Shown: positions 16,643 to 26,454 of the stretch, one piece after another
Layout: the number at the start of each line of letters is the position of its first letter
Numbering within the stretch: the first letter of the stretch is position 1
NCBI GenBank assembly: GCA_017470245.1
Contig: JAFUEV010000044.1
Location: 51,904-115,903, forward strand
Reading direction: 5' to 3'
Length of the DNA stretch: 64,000 bases
Origin: a bacterium
Lineage (GTDB): Bacteria; Cyanobacteriota; Vampirovibrionia; Gastranaerophilales; Gastranaerophilaceae
Made by a program: the position numbers and the translations under genes
The notes under the pieces: model-generated
The model's input: the letters and a program-made list of their open reading frames with translations, nothing else
What the model was told of the DNA's origin: nothing
The model's database searches: none

Positions 16643-17767
16643 TTAATTTTTTGATTCTAAATTTTGATACAATATATAATCATCTGATGTAAACCAGTCG
16701 CTACGTTGGTATTGTTTTACTCTGTTGTCAGGTGATTCCTTTATTTTTACAAAAGGAAATGTTAAATTATTATTTGTATAACATTTCCCTATGACTATAT
16801 ATTTTATGTTCATGTTATTATCATTAATATATTTTTGAATTAAATTATTATTTATATTTCTATCCTCAGGAAGTTTGTAAAATTTGATAAAACTTTTATC
16901 AAAATAAACAATAACCGGTACGAATATTTCTATATCCTCCATATGAATAAATAAAACTTGATTTTTTTCATTTACTTTATCTTTAAAAGTTTGTGTTAAT
17001 AATGATTGTGTAGAAAAATAATTGTATTTTTCTTCAATAGCTAATTTACCTATAAAAGGATTAAAAAACAATATCAATAATAATATATAAAAAGATATAT
17101 TTTGTGCTAAGCTTAGTGATGTTATGTTTTTGTTCTTGTTTTCTAAATTACAGACCCAAATACTGAAAATTATTATAAGAATTGCAATAAATGCCTTTTG
17201 GTATGGAACTCCACATGGTTCATATATAAATAAAAAAATTAGTTCAATATATAAAATAGAGAATAAAATAATAAAAAATACTTTTTTATTATTAAGAAAA
17301 ATATATATTGATATTATGCATAGTGATAGTATAATAACATAATATTCCCAAGAAAATATTTCTAAGTAATTAAAAATTGTAAGCTTAAAATTAGGAAAAA
17401 GATAATTTCCTGTAGTTGTTAATTTTTCTATTATACCTTCATTAAATTTCGAAATAATAAGGTCTCTAAAAAAATATGCAGTAAAGCAAAAGTTAAATAT
17501 TAAGATAAAAGTAGAAAAAATTGTTTTTATAATATCTTTTGAAAGTATTTTATTAGAAAATACTTTTTTATATTCCTCAAATAAAAATAAGCTGCAACAA
17601 ATGCTGCATAATCCCCATAATAGAATATGTATTTGACTTAATAGTATTAATAATATTGAATATAAATAGGGATGGTTATTCCTTTTGGGATATATATCCG
17701 CCAATAGGAACAAAAATATAGGTATTAAAGAATAACTTCTTGAAACAACAGGTAAAAAATATGCCAT
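16643..17767 (-). CDS. Polytopic membrane protein, the C-terminal portion of a GT-C (ArnT/PMT-like) glycosyltransferase
   Basis: 374 aa with many TM segments. It is in the same reading frame as 17774..18112, separated only by TAA-AGC-GGA. Confidence 0.6.
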   Translation of the reverse strand: MAYFLPVVSRSYSLIPIFLFLLADIYPKRNNHPYLYSILLILLSQIHILLWGLCSICCSLFLFEEYKKVFSNKILSKDIIKTIFSTFILIFNFCFTAYFFRDLIISKFNEGIIEKLTTTGNYLFPNFKLTIFNYLEIFSWEYYVIILSLCIISIYIFLNNKKVFFIILFSILYIELIFLFIYEPCGVPYQKAFIAILIIIFSIWVCNLENKNKNITSLSLAQNISFYILLLILFFNPFIGKLAIEEKYNYFSTQSLLTQTFKDKVNEKNQVLFIHMEDIEIFVPVIVYFDKSFIKFYKLPEDRNINNNLIQKYINDNNMNIKYIVIGKCYTNNNLTFPFVKIKESPDNRVKQYQRSDWFTSDDYILYQNLESKN

Positions 17768-17773
17768 TCCGCT

Positions 17774-18112
17774 TTAAAAAATAAAAAGTATTTTTGTTAA
17801 ATAATTAAATGGACTTCTTATACAAAAATAAATTACTGCAGAAAACATGAAAATAAATGATAGGAAATGAACAATCTTTGGAGTAATACCCATTTTGCAA
17901 AATGGAAATTGAATTATGTACCATAAAAATGGGTGTCCTTCACTAATTTGTATTCTGTTTATTATATCTGTAATACTATAATTCTTTAAAAAATAGTATG
18001 ACAACATTTCGTCATTCCAAGCTTCATGATAATAAATGCAAAATATTACTATAATTAACCAAGCAAAGATTATTAGTAAATTTAATTTGTTTTTTATTAA
18101 AAAAGTCTTCAT
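17774..18112 (-). CDS. N-terminal fragment of a GT-C (ArnT/PMT-like) glycosyltransferase
   Basis: 112 aa. The motif HEAWNDEMLSYYF parallels GLWNDEYMGWYI in the intact GT-C paralog at 48163..49842. Confidence 0.55.
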   Translation of the reverse strand: MKTFLIKNKLNLLIIFAWLIIVIFCIYYHEAWNDEMLSYYFLKNYSITDIINRIQISEGHPFLWYIIQFPFCKMGITPKIVHFLSFIFMFSAVIYFCIRSPFNYLTKILFIF

Positions 18113-18150
18113 TATTGCCCCAATTTGTATAGAAATATATTAGATTATGA

Positions 18151-18468
18151 TTAAAATAAATGCAGATAATTTTTAGCTACATAAGCAATTGCAAGCATAA
18201 GAATGAAAAACATAATTTGTTTAACCATTCTCATTGTTTCTGATTCTTGGTCTACATTTGTTTTTTTCTTTGCTGTTTTATTTTTAGGTTTATCCGGGGT
18301 ATATGAAATTCCTGTTCCTGGTATTGAGTATGTTGTTTTAACATCACCCTTTGCACTTCTGCTTATTCTTGCACCCGGAATACCAAAACTATAGCCTATT
18401 CCTGATTTGCTAAAATTAACTCTGAATAATTTACCTATACTTATACTTTTTCTAAATCTTAGTCCCAT
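18151..18468 (-). CDS. DUF4236 domain-containing membrane protein
   Basis: 105 aa. The N-terminus MGLRFRKSISIGKLFRVNFSKSGIGYSFGIPGARIS...IPGTGISY fits the DUF4236 pattern. A C-terminal TM helix is present. Confidence 0.65.
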   Translation of the reverse strand: MGLRFRKSISIGKLFRVNFSKSGIGYSFGIPGARISRSAKGDVKTTYSIPGTGISYTPDKPKNKTAKKKTNVDQESETMRMVKQIMFFILMLAIAYVAKNYLHLF

Positions 18469-18536
18469 TATTTACCTCATTATTATTTATCTATTGTACA
18501 GGATTTCTTTGTAAATATGCTTATTTATTAAGATTT

Positions 18537-19580
18537 TTATCTTACTTTTATGCTTTCATCCATGTATTTTATCAACGGATAAATAAAGAATTCGATTATT
18601 CTGCGTTTGCCTATTTTTATTTCATTAGTTGTTGTCATACCGAATTTAATTGTTTGGTCTTTACCTTCAACTAATAATGTTGTATTCTTTGGTTCTATAT
18701 ATACTTCAAATACAGGTCCCATTCTTTCGTCATCAATACTGTTTGGTGCAACAACCGTAACTTCTCCGTCTAATATTCCGTATTTTTGGAAGTTGTATGT
18801 ATCAACTTTGATAGATACAGGCATTCCTGCTTCAACAAAACCTACATCCTGATTTAAAACTTTTGCTTTAACCATTATACCTGCATCTTTTGGCACTATT
18901 GTCATTATCTTCTCTGCAGGAGTAACAACACCGCCAATTGTATGTACGAATATTGTATTTACATAACCGTCAATTGGGGCTTTTATTATTTGTTTTTGTT
19001 TCTCTATTTGTATTCTTTTGTTTTTTATTTCTGTTAGAGAGGCATTTAATGCTGCGATATTATGTGTCAGTTCATTTGTTTCTTTTGCTGCTTCATCATA
19101 TCTTGCTTGGGGAATAATATCTCTTACTTGCGATAAACGTTTTTGATTGTCTGAAGCAATAGCCAACCTTGTTCTGTCTGATGCTATTTGCTGTGTGATT
19201 CTTGCTTCTTCTGCTCTTAAATTGTTTAATTCTAATTCCGGTTCATATTCGGCAGGAGATACTATTGCAACAACCTGATCTTTTTCTACATATTCGCCTT
19301 CAATTACAGGTATTGACGTTACAACACCTTTTTCAAGTGATTGAATTACTTTTTCTTCACCTGCAGGAATAACTTGTCCTCTTGCTGTTATAACTATATC
19401 AACTTTACCAAAATACATCCAAGAACCTGCTATTACTATAAATGTTACAATTAACCAAAATATTGTATTTCCTATAGGGTTCAACGGACGTTCTTCAATT
19501 TCTGCCAATAATGGTTTAAATTCGTGAGCATCATTTTCTTTTGGTAAAATTAAATTTATTATCTTATTTATTAATTTCAT
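18537..19580 (-). CDS. Type I secretion membrane fusion protein (HlyD family)
   Basis: 347 aa. It has the T1SS-type N-terminus HEFKPLLAEIEERPLNPIG, a single TM, coiled-coil and lipoyl-like regions, and the tail RRIIEFFIYPL. Confidence 0.85.
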   Translation of the reverse strand: MKLINKIINLILPKENDAHEFKPLLAEIEERPLNPIGNTIFWLIVTFIVIAGSWMYFGKVDIVITARGQVIPAGEEKVIQSLEKGVVTSIPVIEGEYVEKDQVVAIVSPAEYEPELELNNLRAEEARITQQIASDRTRLAIASDNQKRLSQVRDIIPQARYDEAAKETNELTHNIAALNASLTEIKNKRIQIEKQKQIIKAPIDGYVNTIFVHTIGGVVTPAEKIMTIVPKDAGIMVKAKVLNQDVGFVEAGMPVSIKVDTYNFQKYGILDGEVTVVAPNSIDDERMGPVFEVYIEPKNTTLLVEGKDQTIKFGMTTTNEIKIGKRRIIEFFIYPLIKYMDESIKVR

Positions 19581-19618
19581 ATTTTTTCCTTCTTATGTCA
19601 TATTTATTGAGATGACAT

Positions 19619-21781
19619 TTATGTTTGTGATAAATACAATTTTTGGTAGTAACCACCGCTTGAAAGAAGTTGGTCGTGAGTTCCTTGTTCAACAATTCTG
19701 CCTTCATCAAAGCATACTATCCAGTCACAGTCTTTAATTGTTGAAAGTCTGTGCGCAATAATTATTGTTGTTCTTCCTCTTGAGATTAATGCCATATTAT
19801 CTCTGATTATTTTTTCTGATTCATAATCTAAGGCTGATGTAGCTTCATCAAAAATTAATATTTTAGGGTTAGATATTAAAGCTCTGGCAATGGCAATTCT
19901 TTGTTTCTGTCCTCCTGATAAGCTTGAACCACGTTCACCTACTTCTGTATCATAACCTTTTGGTAATTTTGAAATAAATTCGTGTGCACCAGCTATTTGT
20001 GCTGCTTGTATAATTCCCTCCATCGGCATATTGGGACGAGGTAAAGCAATATTATCTTTTATAGTTCCTGAGAACAGGTAGTTTTCTTGTAAAACAATAC
20101 CTATATTTGTTCTTAACCATACAGGATTAATGTTTCTTATATCTATACCATCAATATATATTGTGCCTTCTGTTGTATAATATAGTCTTTGAATTAGTTT
20201 TGTAAGAGTTGATTTTCCGCTTCCGCTTCTGCCTACAAAACCGACTTTCATTCCTGCTTTGATTTCAAGGTTAACGTTTTTAAGAACTAACGGAGCATCA
20301 ACATTATACTTAAATGATAAGTTATCAAGTTTAATATCACCATTAACATTGCTTAAAGTAATAGCATTGCCTGATTGCATTTCTAAAGGACTGTTTAAAA
20401 TATCTCCGATACGGTCAACCGCCAATAATGTTTGTTGAAATTCATTCCACAAACCAACTAATCTTAGCATTGGAGCAGAGAATTGTCCTGAAAACATCTG
20501 GAATGCAATTAATTGACCTATTGTTAATTTGTTTTCGATAACAAGCATAACTCCGACATATAATATTGCGATTGTCATTGCTTTTTGAAGAAATCCGCAT
20601 ATTGAACCGGTAAAATTCCCCATAATGGAAAGATTAAAACTTGATTTTAAATACTTACCCAATTTTTCTTCCCATTTTCGGAACATAGAACCTTCAATTG
20701 CAAGAGATTTAACTGTTTGAACACCTGTTACGGATTCAACCAAATAAGAATTGGAATGTGCACCCATCTGGAATTTTTCTTCCAATCTTGCACGAAGTTC
20801 AGGTGTTATAGTTAAATAAATTAATGCAACTAAAAATATAAATGCTAAAGTAATAAATGTAAGTTTAACGCTATAAATAAACATTATAACAAGGAATACT
20901 ACTGAAAACATTGAGTCTATAATAACTGAAACTGACTTATCAGTTATAAATTCTCTTATTCTGTCAAGTTCTCGAACTCTTGCTATAATATTACCTACTT
21001 GTCTGTTTTCAAAATATACAAAGTATAGTTTAAACAAGTGTCTGAATAATTTTGCACCTAACTTTGCATCTATTTTATTTGTTGTATGAATAAAAATGTA
21101 ATTACGTGATAAGTTTAGTAATAATTCAAAAATTGCAACAATTATGAATGCTACTGCAAGTACATCCAATGTTGCAATTGTTCTGTTAACAAGAACTTTA
21201 TCGAGGATTACCTGTGTAAATAACGGGGTTACAAGTCCGAATAATTGTATAACGAAAGACCCTATAAGTACCTGACTCAATATCTTTTTATACTTAAATA
21301 TTTCATTAAAAAACCATTTAAAACCAAATTTTGCATCGTCATCAATAAGTTTATGCTTTAATACAAGCATATAATCTTTCATTTGCTCTTGAATTTCTTC
21401 ATAAGAGTGAGATTCCGGATGTTTAGCCAACGGTGTTAATGTTAATACTCTGCCTTCATCAGGTTTAACAGCTAATAAAACTATATATGAATTGTCTTTT
21501 AAGTGTAAAATAGCAGGCAAAGGATATTTATCATCAATATCTTTAAGCGTGAATTTCTTCTTCTTGATTTTGAAACCTCTGTTTTTCGCTATACGAATAA
21601 TTTCTTCTGGCTCTATGTCAGCTGTCTGTATACCGTATTCTCTAACTACTGAACGCATATCTATGTCTATATTGTTTATTCTTGCGACTATTTCGAGTGA
21701 AATAAGCCCTGTATTGACATTTCTATGTTGTTCAGGATTTTCCATTGGTTCTTGGTTTTCTTGATTTTCTTGATTTTCCAT
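19619..21781 (-). CDS. Type I secretion ABC transporter (HlyB-like) with a degenerate C39-like domain
   Basis: 720 aa. The N-terminal domain GLISLEIVARINNIDIDMRSVVREYG resembles the HlyB C39-like domain, but the catalytic Cys position is Thr. It has 6 TM segments. Walker A is GRSGSGKST, the signature is LSGGQKQR and Walker B is ILIFDEATS. Confidence 0.9.
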   Translation of the reverse strand: MENQENQENQEPMENPEQHRNVNTGLISLEIVARINNIDIDMRSVVREYGIQTADIEPEEIIRIAKNRGFKIKKKKFTLKDIDDKYPLPAILHLKDNSYIVLLAVKPDEGRVLTLTPLAKHPESHSYEEIQEQMKDYMLVLKHKLIDDDAKFGFKWFFNEIFKYKKILSQVLIGSFVIQLFGLVTPLFTQVILDKVLVNRTIATLDVLAVAFIIVAIFELLLNLSRNYIFIHTTNKIDAKLGAKLFRHLFKLYFVYFENRQVGNIIARVRELDRIREFITDKSVSVIIDSMFSVVFLVIMFIYSVKLTFITLAFIFLVALIYLTITPELRARLEEKFQMGAHSNSYLVESVTGVQTVKSLAIEGSMFRKWEEKLGKYLKSSFNLSIMGNFTGSICGFLQKAMTIAILYVGVMLVIENKLTIGQLIAFQMFSGQFSAPMLRLVGLWNEFQQTLLAVDRIGDILNSPLEMQSGNAITLSNVNGDIKLDNLSFKYNVDAPLVLKNVNLEIKAGMKVGFVGRSGSGKSTLTKLIQRLYYTTEGTIYIDGIDIRNINPVWLRTNIGIVLQENYLFSGTIKDNIALPRPNMPMEGIIQAAQIAGAHEFISKLPKGYDTEVGERGSSLSGGQKQRIAIARALISNPKILIFDEATSALDYESEKIIRDNMALISRGRTTIIIAHRLSTIKDCDWIVCFDEGRIVEQGTHDQLLSSGGYYQKLYLSQT
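21752..21778 (-). repeat. 9-nt tandem repeat x3 at the 5' end of the ABC transporter gene
   Basis: The plus strand reads ttggttttc ttgattttc ttgattttc, which encodes (ENQ)3 directly after the start codon. Confidence 0.7.
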
Positions 21782-21798
21782 AAATTATTCCATTATAT

Positions 21799-23202
21799 CT
21801 AGTAATCTGTTAGAATTTGTATGCCTTTTGTAATTGCAATTGAAGTTATAAGATTTTTTTGTTGTTCTATTGTTTGTTCTAAAAGTTCTATTTTGGACTC
21901 ATTTTCTTCAATAGGTGATATTACTCTTTTACTTGCCATTTTAGCAATTGATTTATTTTTATCTTTTAATTCATCGATAACTTTGTTCGTTGCATCGATT
22001 TGGTCATCTAAATACATAAGATTTGAGCGCATTGTTGCTAATCTTTGCATTAATTGAGCAATTGCTTTATCTCTTTCAACTTGCAGTTGTTTATATTCTA
22101 ATTCTGCTTTTCTTACAACTGCGCTATTCTGAAAACCGTCAAAAACAGGCATATTGATTGAACCGCCTACTGTAAAGTTAGATGGATCAACATCTTTAAA
22201 ACTGTCAGGGTAACTTGAATGGTCTGAACCATACATATAATACCTTCCGTATGCATTTACTTTTGGAAGATAGTTTCTTTTTGCTATTTTAACTTCCAGT
22301 TCTTTTTTCTTCAAATTCTTTTCGTGTATTTGCCAAGTTATACTTTTTGTGTAATCTTTGAATTGCATTATATCAAAATCAGGTTTAGGTATATCGCTTA
22401 CAGTAAGCGTTTCAATATCGTATTCTTCACCTGTATAAAAGGTAAGCATATTAATAGATTCTGATAAAATACTATATAATTCTGAAATTTTGCTTTTTGT
22501 TCTTGCAACTTTAACTTCAGAGTCATTATATTCTGTCTTTGAAATTTCTTTTGCGTTAAATAGACGTTTTCTCATTTCTAAATTTTTTTCTTCAAGCTCA
22601 AGAATTTGTTTATTAAGTTCTATTTGTTTTTTTGCTACAAGAATTTTTGAATATGTATCTAAAACACTTAAATTAAGTTCTTGTAGTTTTTCTTGTTCTT
22701 CAAGCTCTTTTAATTTGACATCTTCTTTTGCTATGTCCAGTCTGCCTCTTCTTACCCCAAAGTCAAAAAGGTTATAGTTTAATGTTATACCAAGCATATT
22801 TTGATATCTTGTGTACGGGTTAATAAATGCTTCACCTATGGACATAACTGAGGTTTCTCTGACATCACGATAATTTTTAGTGTATTCTGTCCCTGCTCCT
22901 ACATTTAATTTGGGGAAATAATCCGAGCGTGCACCTCTAATATCTTGTTTTGATATTAATATATTAAAATCTGCTATTTTTAAATCGTATGAGTGTTCAT
23001 CAGCCTTGTTTATTATGTCATCAAAATTAATTGAAGTAACAAGTGTATTTTCTTCTTTTGGTTCTTCAAGTTGTATACTGTCTGAAACATCAATTGTTTC
23101 GACTTCTTCTGTCTTTTCGGCCTCATCTATTGCAAATGAACAAATAGGAGAATAAAACATCAAAAGAACAATTATAAAACTGATTATTCTTTTAAACTTC
23201 AT
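21799..23202 (-). CDS. TolC family outer membrane protein (T1SS outer membrane component)
   Basis: The track ORF starts at 23229 (TTG). An ATG at 23202 is preceded by GGGAGGGGAAGGAAAGA and yields the signal peptide MKFKRIISFIIVLLMFYSPICSFA. The protein has repeated OEP-type helical/beta halves. Confidence 0.8.
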   Translation of the reverse strand: MKFKRIISFIIVLLMFYSPICSFAIDEAEKTEEVETIDVSDSIQLEEPKEENTLVTSINFDDIINKADEHSYDLKIADFNILISKQDIRGARSDYFPKLNVGAGTEYTKNYRDVRETSVMSIGEAFINPYTRYQNMLGITLNYNLFDFGVRRGRLDIAKEDVKLKELEEQEKLQELNLSVLDTYSKILVAKKQIELNKQILELEEKNLEMRKRLFNAKEISKTEYNDSEVKVARTKSKISELYSILSESINMLTFYTGEEYDIETLTVSDIPKPDFDIMQFKDYTKSITWQIHEKNLKKKELEVKIAKRNYLPKVNAYGRYYMYGSDHSSYPDSFKDVDPSNFTVGGSINMPVFDGFQNSAVVRKAELEYKQLQVERDKAIAQLMQRLATMRSNLMYLDDQIDATNKVIDELKDKNKSIAKMASKRVISPIEENESKIELLEQTIEQQKNLITSIAITKGIQILTDY

Positions 23203-23311
23203 TCTTTCCTTCCCCTCCCTATATATCAAAATTATATAATAAGCAATATAATTTTGTATGTTTTAATCTCATTTTTTAATATTTCTTGATATTCATTTAA
23301 CATTGTTATTA

Positions 23312-24274
23312 CTAAATATTGACAAAAATTTGTAATAAATATCCTGATATTATGCTAATAATCAATAATATACCAATTATATTTATCGTGTCTTTATAGT
23401 TATCTTTATGTCTTAGTAACACTAATATTCCCAGTCCGGCATTTGTTAATAAACCTGATATTGCAGCTCCAAAACTTATGCTTCCTTTTATTAACATCAT
23501 AGTTAATGCAATTGATACTGCACAATTAGGTATTAATCCAAGTATTGAAGTTAATACCGGTTCTAAAAATCTTACTTTAGAAAATATAGCAGGTAATATG
23601 TCAAACCTTCCGTATAATTCAATCATGTAATTTAAAACAATAGTAATTGCGAGTATGAATATAAATATATTAAATGTATGTTTTAAAGGATGGTATATAA
23701 GGTCTCTTTTTCTTCGTTTTGATACACTGTGTCTGCAGCAACCGTCATCTTCGTGATGTAAATGGCAATCTTCATTATCAGCAACAGCAATATATTTTTT
23801 GTCTTTTAATAAAAAATCAATTAAATAACCTGCAATTATCGCTATTATTATTTTTACAGTTATAATAGGTATTACATAGTATATTTTGTCAGGTTCTGCA
23901 AGTAAAATAGGAATAGCTTCATCCGATGTAGCAAGATATATTGCTATCAATGTACCTTTTGTTATGAATTTTCTCAAATAGAGTGTACTTGCAATAATTG
24001 AAAATCCGCATTGAGGAATTATTGCTGCTAATCCGCCAATTAACGGTGCGGTTTTTTCTGATTTTTGCATAAATGAATTAATTTTTTCGGCATAAAAATA
24101 TTCAATTAATTCTATAAATAAAAAAACTATGAATAATAACGGTAATACGTGAACACTGTCAATTATAGCATCGGCAAGCCAATCTGCCATTCCCGTATTT
24201 TCAATTAATTCATCAAAACCTGAAAATATATTATCATTTATTTCATTTATACGATTTAATATCTCAAGTATCAT
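23312..24274 (-). CDS. Polytopic membrane protein, putative metal (Mn/heavy-metal) exporter of the 10-TM ArsP_2-like type
   Basis: 320 aa. The motifs IIPQCGFS and LATSDEAIPILL are recalled by me from that family. A Cys/His-rich loop, NEDCHLHHEDDGCCRHS, is present. The ATG directly abuts the upstream TAA. Confidence 0.5.
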   Translation of the reverse strand: MILEILNRINEINDNIFSGFDELIENTGMADWLADAIIDSVHVLPLLFIVFLFIELIEYFYAEKINSFMQKSEKTAPLIGGLAAIIPQCGFSIIASTLYLRKFITKGTLIAIYLATSDEAIPILLAEPDKIYYVIPIITVKIIIAIIAGYLIDFLLKDKKYIAVADNEDCHLHHEDDGCCRHSVSKRRKRDLIYHPLKHTFNIFIFILAITIVLNYMIELYGRFDILPAIFSKVRFLEPVLTSILGLIPNCAVSIALTMMLIKGSISFGAAISGLLTNAGLGILVLLRHKDNYKDTINIIGILLIISIISGYLLQIFVNI

Positions 24275-25789
24275 TTACAGACTTTCAACCTCTCTATTTT
24301 TTACATTATTTTTATCATGTTTTTTATGTGTATGTTCTTTTGATTCATTTTCATCACAACCAAGAGCTTTGTTTAAGTGTTCTAATAATTCTTGTGAATG
24401 ATGATGCATAGCATGTTTTGATTTGTGATGGATATCAAATATATGTATATGCATTGCCATTTCAAGTTGAATAAGTGCTAAATTATAATCGGCAATACTT
24501 GTTATATAAGCTTTTCTTGCATTTATATAGTTTGTTCTTGCTCTTTGAATGTCGCCATAGCCCTCAATTTCTGATTTATATCTTTTTTCTACTTTCTTTA
24601 ATGTCGAATATGCTTCCTCTGTTTGTTTCTTAGCAATTGGTATTTGAGTTATGCATTTATCAACGTTATTAAATGCTCTTTTAACCTCATAATATAAGTC
24701 TAATTTAAACAAGTTTATTTCATTTTCAGCAATGTTTAATTGGGCTTGTGCACCTTGTATACTGTGTCTTAGTTCCTTTATATTTACTGATGAATTTAAC
24801 CCTACTGCAACAGCCAAACTGTTATTTGAAGTATTTAAATCTTTTATGTATCCGTATCCGACAGTTCCGGTTAAGTCCGGAAAATATGCTTTTTTTATAT
24901 ATTTTAATGATTCTTCCATTGCTTCTTTTGTCGATATCAAAACTTGTAAATCAGGACTGTTTTCATAAGCAATATTTATTGCATTTTCAGTAGGAAAGTT
25001 ATATTCAAGCGGAATATAATCTTTAATTTTTAGTTCACTTTTTGTATAATCAAAATCATTACTTATTGAAAAAGTTTCTGTATTTTCCAATATGTAGTTT
25101 GGGTTAGAACCTAAATACATAGCATTTGTTAAATCTAAAACGGCATCATTATAAGTTTTTTCAGCTTCATATAATGAAAGGTTTGCTTCGTCAAGATATA
25201 TTTGTGCAGTAGCTTTATCAACTTCTTTTGTTGAAATATCTACTATATGTTTATTTATTTCTACATTGTTTTGAGCTAAATCCAGTAGTGCTTTTGTTTT
25301 TAATACTCTATAATATCTGTCTTTTACATTAAATAATGTAGAACACAGACTGTCCATAAATTCATATTCTGCGCCTATTTGATAAAATTTTTCCATTTTT
25401 ATATAAGAAGTTGTTTTCCCAAAATTATAAATTAATTGGTTTATACTAACTCCTACAGCCGGAAGCTCTCTTAAATGTGAATTGTGATATATGTTGTCAG
25501 AATTATTTTCATTATTAAAGCCTATTCCTGCATTAATAACTGGAAAATATTGTGACTTAGCTATTCCGACATTACTTTTTGCAATATCCAAATTATACTT
25601 TTGTCTTTTTATTATAGGACTGTTCTTGAACGCTAATGCTACACAATCTGTTATAGATAATGTTGTTCCATTTTTAACCTCTACAGGGTTAAATAATTTA
25701 TCTTCTTCTTCATCGTGAATAGCTATTGCGTTTTGACAAAATAAAACAGTTATTAATATGTAGGCAACTATAAATAATATTCTATTCAT
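24275..25789 (-). CDS. TolC family outer membrane protein with a His-rich C-terminal tail
   Basis: 504 aa with the signal peptide MNRILFIVAYILITVLFCQNAIA and OEP repeats. The tail is HIHIFDIHHKSKHAMHHHSQELLEHL...EHTHKKHDK (nt 24278..24472). Confidence 0.75.
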   Translation of the reverse strand: MNRILFIVAYILITVLFCQNAIAIHDEEEDKLFNPVEVKNGTTLSITDCVALAFKNSPIIKRQKYNLDIAKSNVGIAKSQYFPVINAGIGFNNENNSDNIYHNSHLRELPAVGVSINQLIYNFGKTTSYIKMEKFYQIGAEYEFMDSLCSTLFNVKDRYYRVLKTKALLDLAQNNVEINKHIVDISTKEVDKATAQIYLDEANLSLYEAEKTYNDAVLDLTNAMYLGSNPNYILENTETFSISNDFDYTKSELKIKDYIPLEYNFPTENAINIAYENSPDLQVLISTKEAMEESLKYIKKAYFPDLTGTVGYGYIKDLNTSNNSLAVAVGLNSSVNIKELRHSIQGAQAQLNIAENEINLFKLDLYYEVKRAFNNVDKCITQIPIAKKQTEEAYSTLKKVEKRYKSEIEGYGDIQRARTNYINARKAYITSIADYNLALIQLEMAMHIHIFDIHHKSKHAMHHHSQELLEHLNKALGCDENESKEHTHKKHDKNNVKNREVESL

Positions 25790-25893
25790 TTATATTAAAT
25801 TCTTATAAACACGTTTAATGTGAAAATTATATCATGAAGTAAAAACTTTAAACAAAAAGTTGATATTAATAAAATAAGTATTATTATTTAATT

Positions 25894-26454
25894 ATGAAGA
25901 AAATTTTAACTATAATAGGTTTGATTTGTTTAATGGTGTCATCAATTGTATTAGCAGCAGATTATGATGCAATGTATGATGGTGCAGAGCTTTTTCCTTC
26001 AAAACTTTATAATGACATAGACCCATTTGAAGATGAAGATGCAATTAAATATGCTTATTCTCCTTATCCTTTGTTTAGAACATCTGCTTTTATGTATTTT
26101 AAGGACTATACAATTGAACCCGGTTATTATTCCGTTGTTCCAAGAAAACTTAAAGATAAATATTATGTTTTATTCAAGCAAGGCGGAAAAGTACAATTTA
26201 TAATTCCAATTGCAAAAAAAGAGCCGACACCTGTTCATTTTTATGAAGCTAATACGCCAAAGGTACATCAAACAAAAGTTCAAAAAATTACAGGAGCGGT
26301 CAGAAATAAGTTTTACAACATTTCTAAAAGTTCTATGAAAATTGATCCCCCAAAATCTATGATTAATATTGATGTGGAAGTAAAATATATTATTATGACG
26401 TTATATTATGGTGAAGATAAATTCACTTTATTATTTAGAAGAACACCGTATTAA
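25894..26454 (+). CDS. Hypothetical secreted protein
   Basis: 186 aa with the signal peptide MKKILTIIGLICLMVSSIVLAAD. I recognised no domain. Confidence 0.6.
   Translation: MKKILTIIGLICLMVSSIVLAADYDAMYDGAELFPSKLYNDIDPFEDEDAIKYAYSPYPLFRTSAFMYFKDYTIEPGYYSVVPRKLKDKYYVLFKQGGKVQFIIPIAKKEPTPVHFYEANTPKVHQTKVQKITGAVRNKFYNISKSSMKIDPPKSMINIDVEVKYIIMTLYYGEDKFTLLFRRTPY

Noticed and set aside
17768-17776. Reassignment of TAA (alternative genetic code) as the explanation for the in-frame stop in the GT-C gene
   Set aside because: TAA cleanly terminates many full-length conserved genes in this window, such as pckA and lptB. All housekeeping genes read intact in the standard code.
21400-21781. An active C39 bacteriocin-processing peptidase on the ABC transporter, which would imply double-glycine leader peptides nearby
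   Set aside because: The catalytic Cys position is Thr and the His region is not conserved. No small GG-leader peptide genes are visible next to the operon.
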